64,000 bases of DNA from the NCBI GenBank assembly GCA_032718475.1, contig JAUCBJ010003511.1, forward strand, positions 12,910 through 76,909, read 5' to 3'. This document shows, one piece after another, positions 63,768-64,000 of this stretch. The translations under genes were made by a program, and so were the position numbers. The notes beneath the pieces were generated by a model that ran no database searches, was not told where the DNA came from, and worked only from the letters and a program-made list of their open reading frames with translations. This DNA is from Nemertoderma westbladi. Taxonomy: Eukaryota; Animalia; Xenacoelomorpha. Numbering within the stretch: the first letter of the stretch is position 1; every line of letters starts with the position of its first letter.

Positions 63768-64000
63768 AGACATTGTCACAGGCTCGTTGTTCTGTGTCTT
63801 TAATAAAGGGCACAAAGAGACTCTTACTTTCTTCAATAAGAGTGTGGGGGTAGGCGATTTGGTTCGCATTATAGAACCAGCACACCGCGGGGAGTTATTT
63901 GGGGGGACTCCCATTGTCGTCATAGAAGAGTCTCCAATAAAAATTCATGTATTGAGTGTACCACGGAAACTCATCCAGATGAAGCCTATAACGGATACAT
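63768..64000 (+). CDS. Exon-like fragment of the unassigned repeated gene, copy C (runs off the window)
   Basis: After an acceptor-like TTTATTGCAG, an open frame reads DIVTGSLFCVFNKGHKETLTFFNKSVGVGDLVRIIEPAHRGELFGGTPIV, resembling GGSIALLF...DDMGIGSTVAVLEPEFNGAFF. Confidence 0.45.

Overview
AT-rich eukaryotic (probably invertebrate animal) DNA. No intact host gene is recognisable. The window is a dense, nested graveyard of mobile elements and tandem repeats. Recognisable pieces: BEL/Pao and Gypsy LTR fragments; a Penelope-like element with a minimal hammerhead; a Transib (RAG1-like) transposon whose end resembles a 12-RSS; CR1-group LINEs; four near-identical copies of a young RTE LINE; a duplicated Polinton-type polB fragment; several TIR/foldback elements; and six or more mini/microsatellites. 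Three things stand out. (1) Three mutually divergent copies of an atypical Helitron-like Rep/PIF1-helicase, plus three (possibly four) dispersed fragments of an unassigned, possibly OB-fold, gene that may be its accessory gene. (2) A frameshifted C2H2-zinc-finger + tyrosine-recombinase gene (45.3-47.6 kb) flanked by tandem arrays. (3) A ~338-bp tandem unit carrying a tRNA-like Pol III head fused to a type I hammerhead ribozyme, i.e. a retrozyme-like, circular-RNA candidate (56.27-56.71 kb). All family assignments come from reading motifs by eye; no database search was run.
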